A stretch of 64,000 bases of DNA, taken from Takakia lepidozioides (lineage: Eukaryota > Plantae > Bryophyta). Within the stretch, counting starts at the first letter, position 1; each line of letters opens with the position of its first letter. Location: assembly GCA_030704615.1 (NCBI GenBank), contig CM060731.1, forward strand, positions 52,700,001 through 52,764,000. Direction: 5' to 3'. Shown piece by piece: positions 62,123 to 64,000 of the stretch. The translations under genes were made by a program, and so were the position numbers. Under the pieces are notes generated by a model. It was not told where the DNA came from, ran no database searches, and saw nothing but the letters and a program-made list of their open reading frames with translations.

Positions 62123-62830
62123 ATGGTCCTTGACATCCAGGAACAGAAAGATTCGAAAATTAGTGTACTGGCTCCTCTCCTTGCAATAACCAGCGAGAAC
62201 TTCTGCGACGAGACCGTGAGCCCTGATTTTCTGCTAGGTACCAAACTAGAGCCGAAGGTTGAGTTAGAAGTAGTGGGTTTGACTGCCAACTGCTTCCATG
62301 GTGATGCTCTTGGTATGTCCAATTCTTCAACGGAGACCAGCGCAGCTCCATCAACAGAGGACTCCCATAGTGAGCCTGTTCGGTCCACAAAACCCGGCCT
62401 GGAATTGAAGCAGATTCAGCTGGTGACATCGATATCTTCCCCCTCACAATCCACTCATGTGGCCGACGACAACGACGGGGAAGAATCCCGGCACGTGTCT
62501 GAGGCAGCGAATGTCAGGTGGGAGTCAAGCATCACCACACCAGCGGCAAAAGACGCTCCGAAAGTTGGAAGAGAACACCATGAGTCCGATGAGGTCATTG
62601 ACGCAGCTTTAGAGATCTCAAAAATGCCACGGGATGGGATAAGACTGCAAGAGGATGAGCCACATGCGAAGACGACTGAGAAGCTGAAGGTCAATGAAGC
62701 AAATGGAATCCTTGCGTTCCTCAAGAGGCGGAGTCCTATTTTTGTCCTCGTTGGCCTCTCCATTCCTGTTTCAATTTGGCTCTCCGTCGACATGATGGGA
62801 GATGGACCAAGGATTCCCCCTCCCACTTAA
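62123..62830 (+). CDS. Probable host gene 3' coding region: tail-anchored protein with KASH-like C-terminus
   Basis: Acidic disordered region, LKRR, hydrophobic SPIFVLVGLSIPVSIWLSV, then a 13-aa tail DMMGDGPRIPPPT-stop. Upstream exons are uncertain (possibly 60710-60990). Confidence 0.6.
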   Translation: MVLDIQEQKDSKISVLAPLLAITSENFCDETVSPDFLLGTKLEPKVELEVVGLTANCFHGDALGMSNSSTETSAAPSTEDSHSEPVRSTKPGLELKQIQLVTSISSPSQSTHVADDNDGEESRHVSEAANVRWESSITTPAAKDAPKVGREHHESDEVIDAALEISKMPRDGIRLQEDEPHAKTTEKLKVNEANGILAFLKRRSPIFVLVGLSIPVSIWLSVDMMGDGPRIPPPT

Positions 62831-64000
62831 AGTGTTTCTCAAAGCCTATGGGATTCAAAGACTTTACGAAGCGACAATATTTTGGCAATGATGGGTTGAT
62901 AAATTTTGAGGAGTAGGGCACCTGACGAGAATCCTCTTGCCGATTTGAATTTCTGTCGTCAAATCCTGGTCCACATATGGACGAAAACGAGAGTACCTAA
63001 GAATGTGTCGGTTTGTCTAGCGGCAGCTGCTGAAGAACTTCGTTTGTGTAGTGTGTGCCTAGGAAGCAGTAGGGCATAGTGAGGTTTTCCCGCCCTTTCC
63101 TTACAAATCTAAACATGGTTTCCGCTCTGCTGAAGGAAGATAGATACTTCTCTTCAGATTGCTATATACATTTGGCATTCGGTTTTCTCTTCTTGACAAG
63201 GAACCAGGTATTGAGGAGGAGCCAGAGATGGAGCTCCGCGTTCTGCGGGGTGAACGGGAGCACGCTCAAAGGCCTCAAACTCCACAGCCGCCATGATCAC
63301 GGCCCCCTAAAGCTTTCGCAAACTTTGCACTACAGTGCTGCGACTCGCTGACAGAATACGGAGATCCTTAACTTCACAGGGAACTACTCTTCTTTCAGTT
63401 TGCGGCAGGAAGCCACTCAAACACAGTATCCGATCTCCGGGTTTCAGCCACTCTATCATCCTCTAATTATAATAGTAAAGTTGTCCAATCTGGGGGGTCC
63501 AATGTTTTGGCCCCTTCCTATGGACATTTTGGGTTTTGGAGTTTCGGGGGATGAGCCCTCTGTTCCGAGTACCGCACAAAAGGCACTTCTCGCCTGCAGA
63601 CTGTTTTTGGTCTTCCAATTCCTTGCGTTAGCTAAACAATATAAACGGACCAATTAATATTAGAATATGTAACCATGTGCGTACGTTAACAATGCCTGCC
63701 AGGATGAAAACAGCTTCATTCGTAAAATTGGGAGCAGACAGGATTCACGCACATACCAAACATGCGCTGTCAGCATCAGTTCTTATGTAGGGCGCAAATC
63801 CCCACCATGGTTGGGCACAGAAGAGCTAAAACCTGGGACACCATTATGGCAAATGTGCCTCAGTACGTGGAACCTCTCCTCGCTGATACATTGGTCATAA
63901 AGATACCCACTTGGATGGCCACCAGTCAACGGATTCAAACCCCGGATTCAAACCCCTGTCATGCTGGTCACAGCCTGCCAAGGTGTTAGAGCAACAGGTC

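Overview
Eukaryotic, TE-dense window, most likely from a non-seed land plant (spliced genes, PPR, patellin, thylakoid transit peptide and plant SCE1 fragments). Almost everything up to ~59.7 kb is nested transposons. (1) There are two copies of a Ty3/Gypsy family with the layout LTR-like hairpin module > captured intronless host cDNA fragments > conserved 249-aa ORF > Gag-protease-C5 DNA METHYLTRANSFERASE (DNMT3-like, motifs I-X intact in copy 1) > shared TAG-CAA-CCA stop in a readthrough-type context > RT-RNaseH-integrase-PHD finger. Copy 2 is split by a 13.6-kb inversion (32946-46519), a Pack-CACTA and a MULE. (2) A complete 11.5-kb Mutator-like element (9-bp TSD) carries a GCM-like/DDE/SWIM transposase. 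Divergent from it is a spliced gene with a ParB-like domain and a beta-class N4/N6 amino-methyltransferase-like domain, and one of its introns holds six conserved 24-bp palindromes. (3) A young full-length Gypsy (14813-28475, 5-bp TSD) has a gag duplication and a ~1.2-kaa 3' ORF. (4) A CACTA carries an FCP1/NIF-phosphatase-TnpA gene, and there are LINE and MULE remnants. (5) A probable host gene at ~62 kb ends in a TM + PPPT KASH-like tail. All domain calls come from motif recognition by eye; no database search was run.
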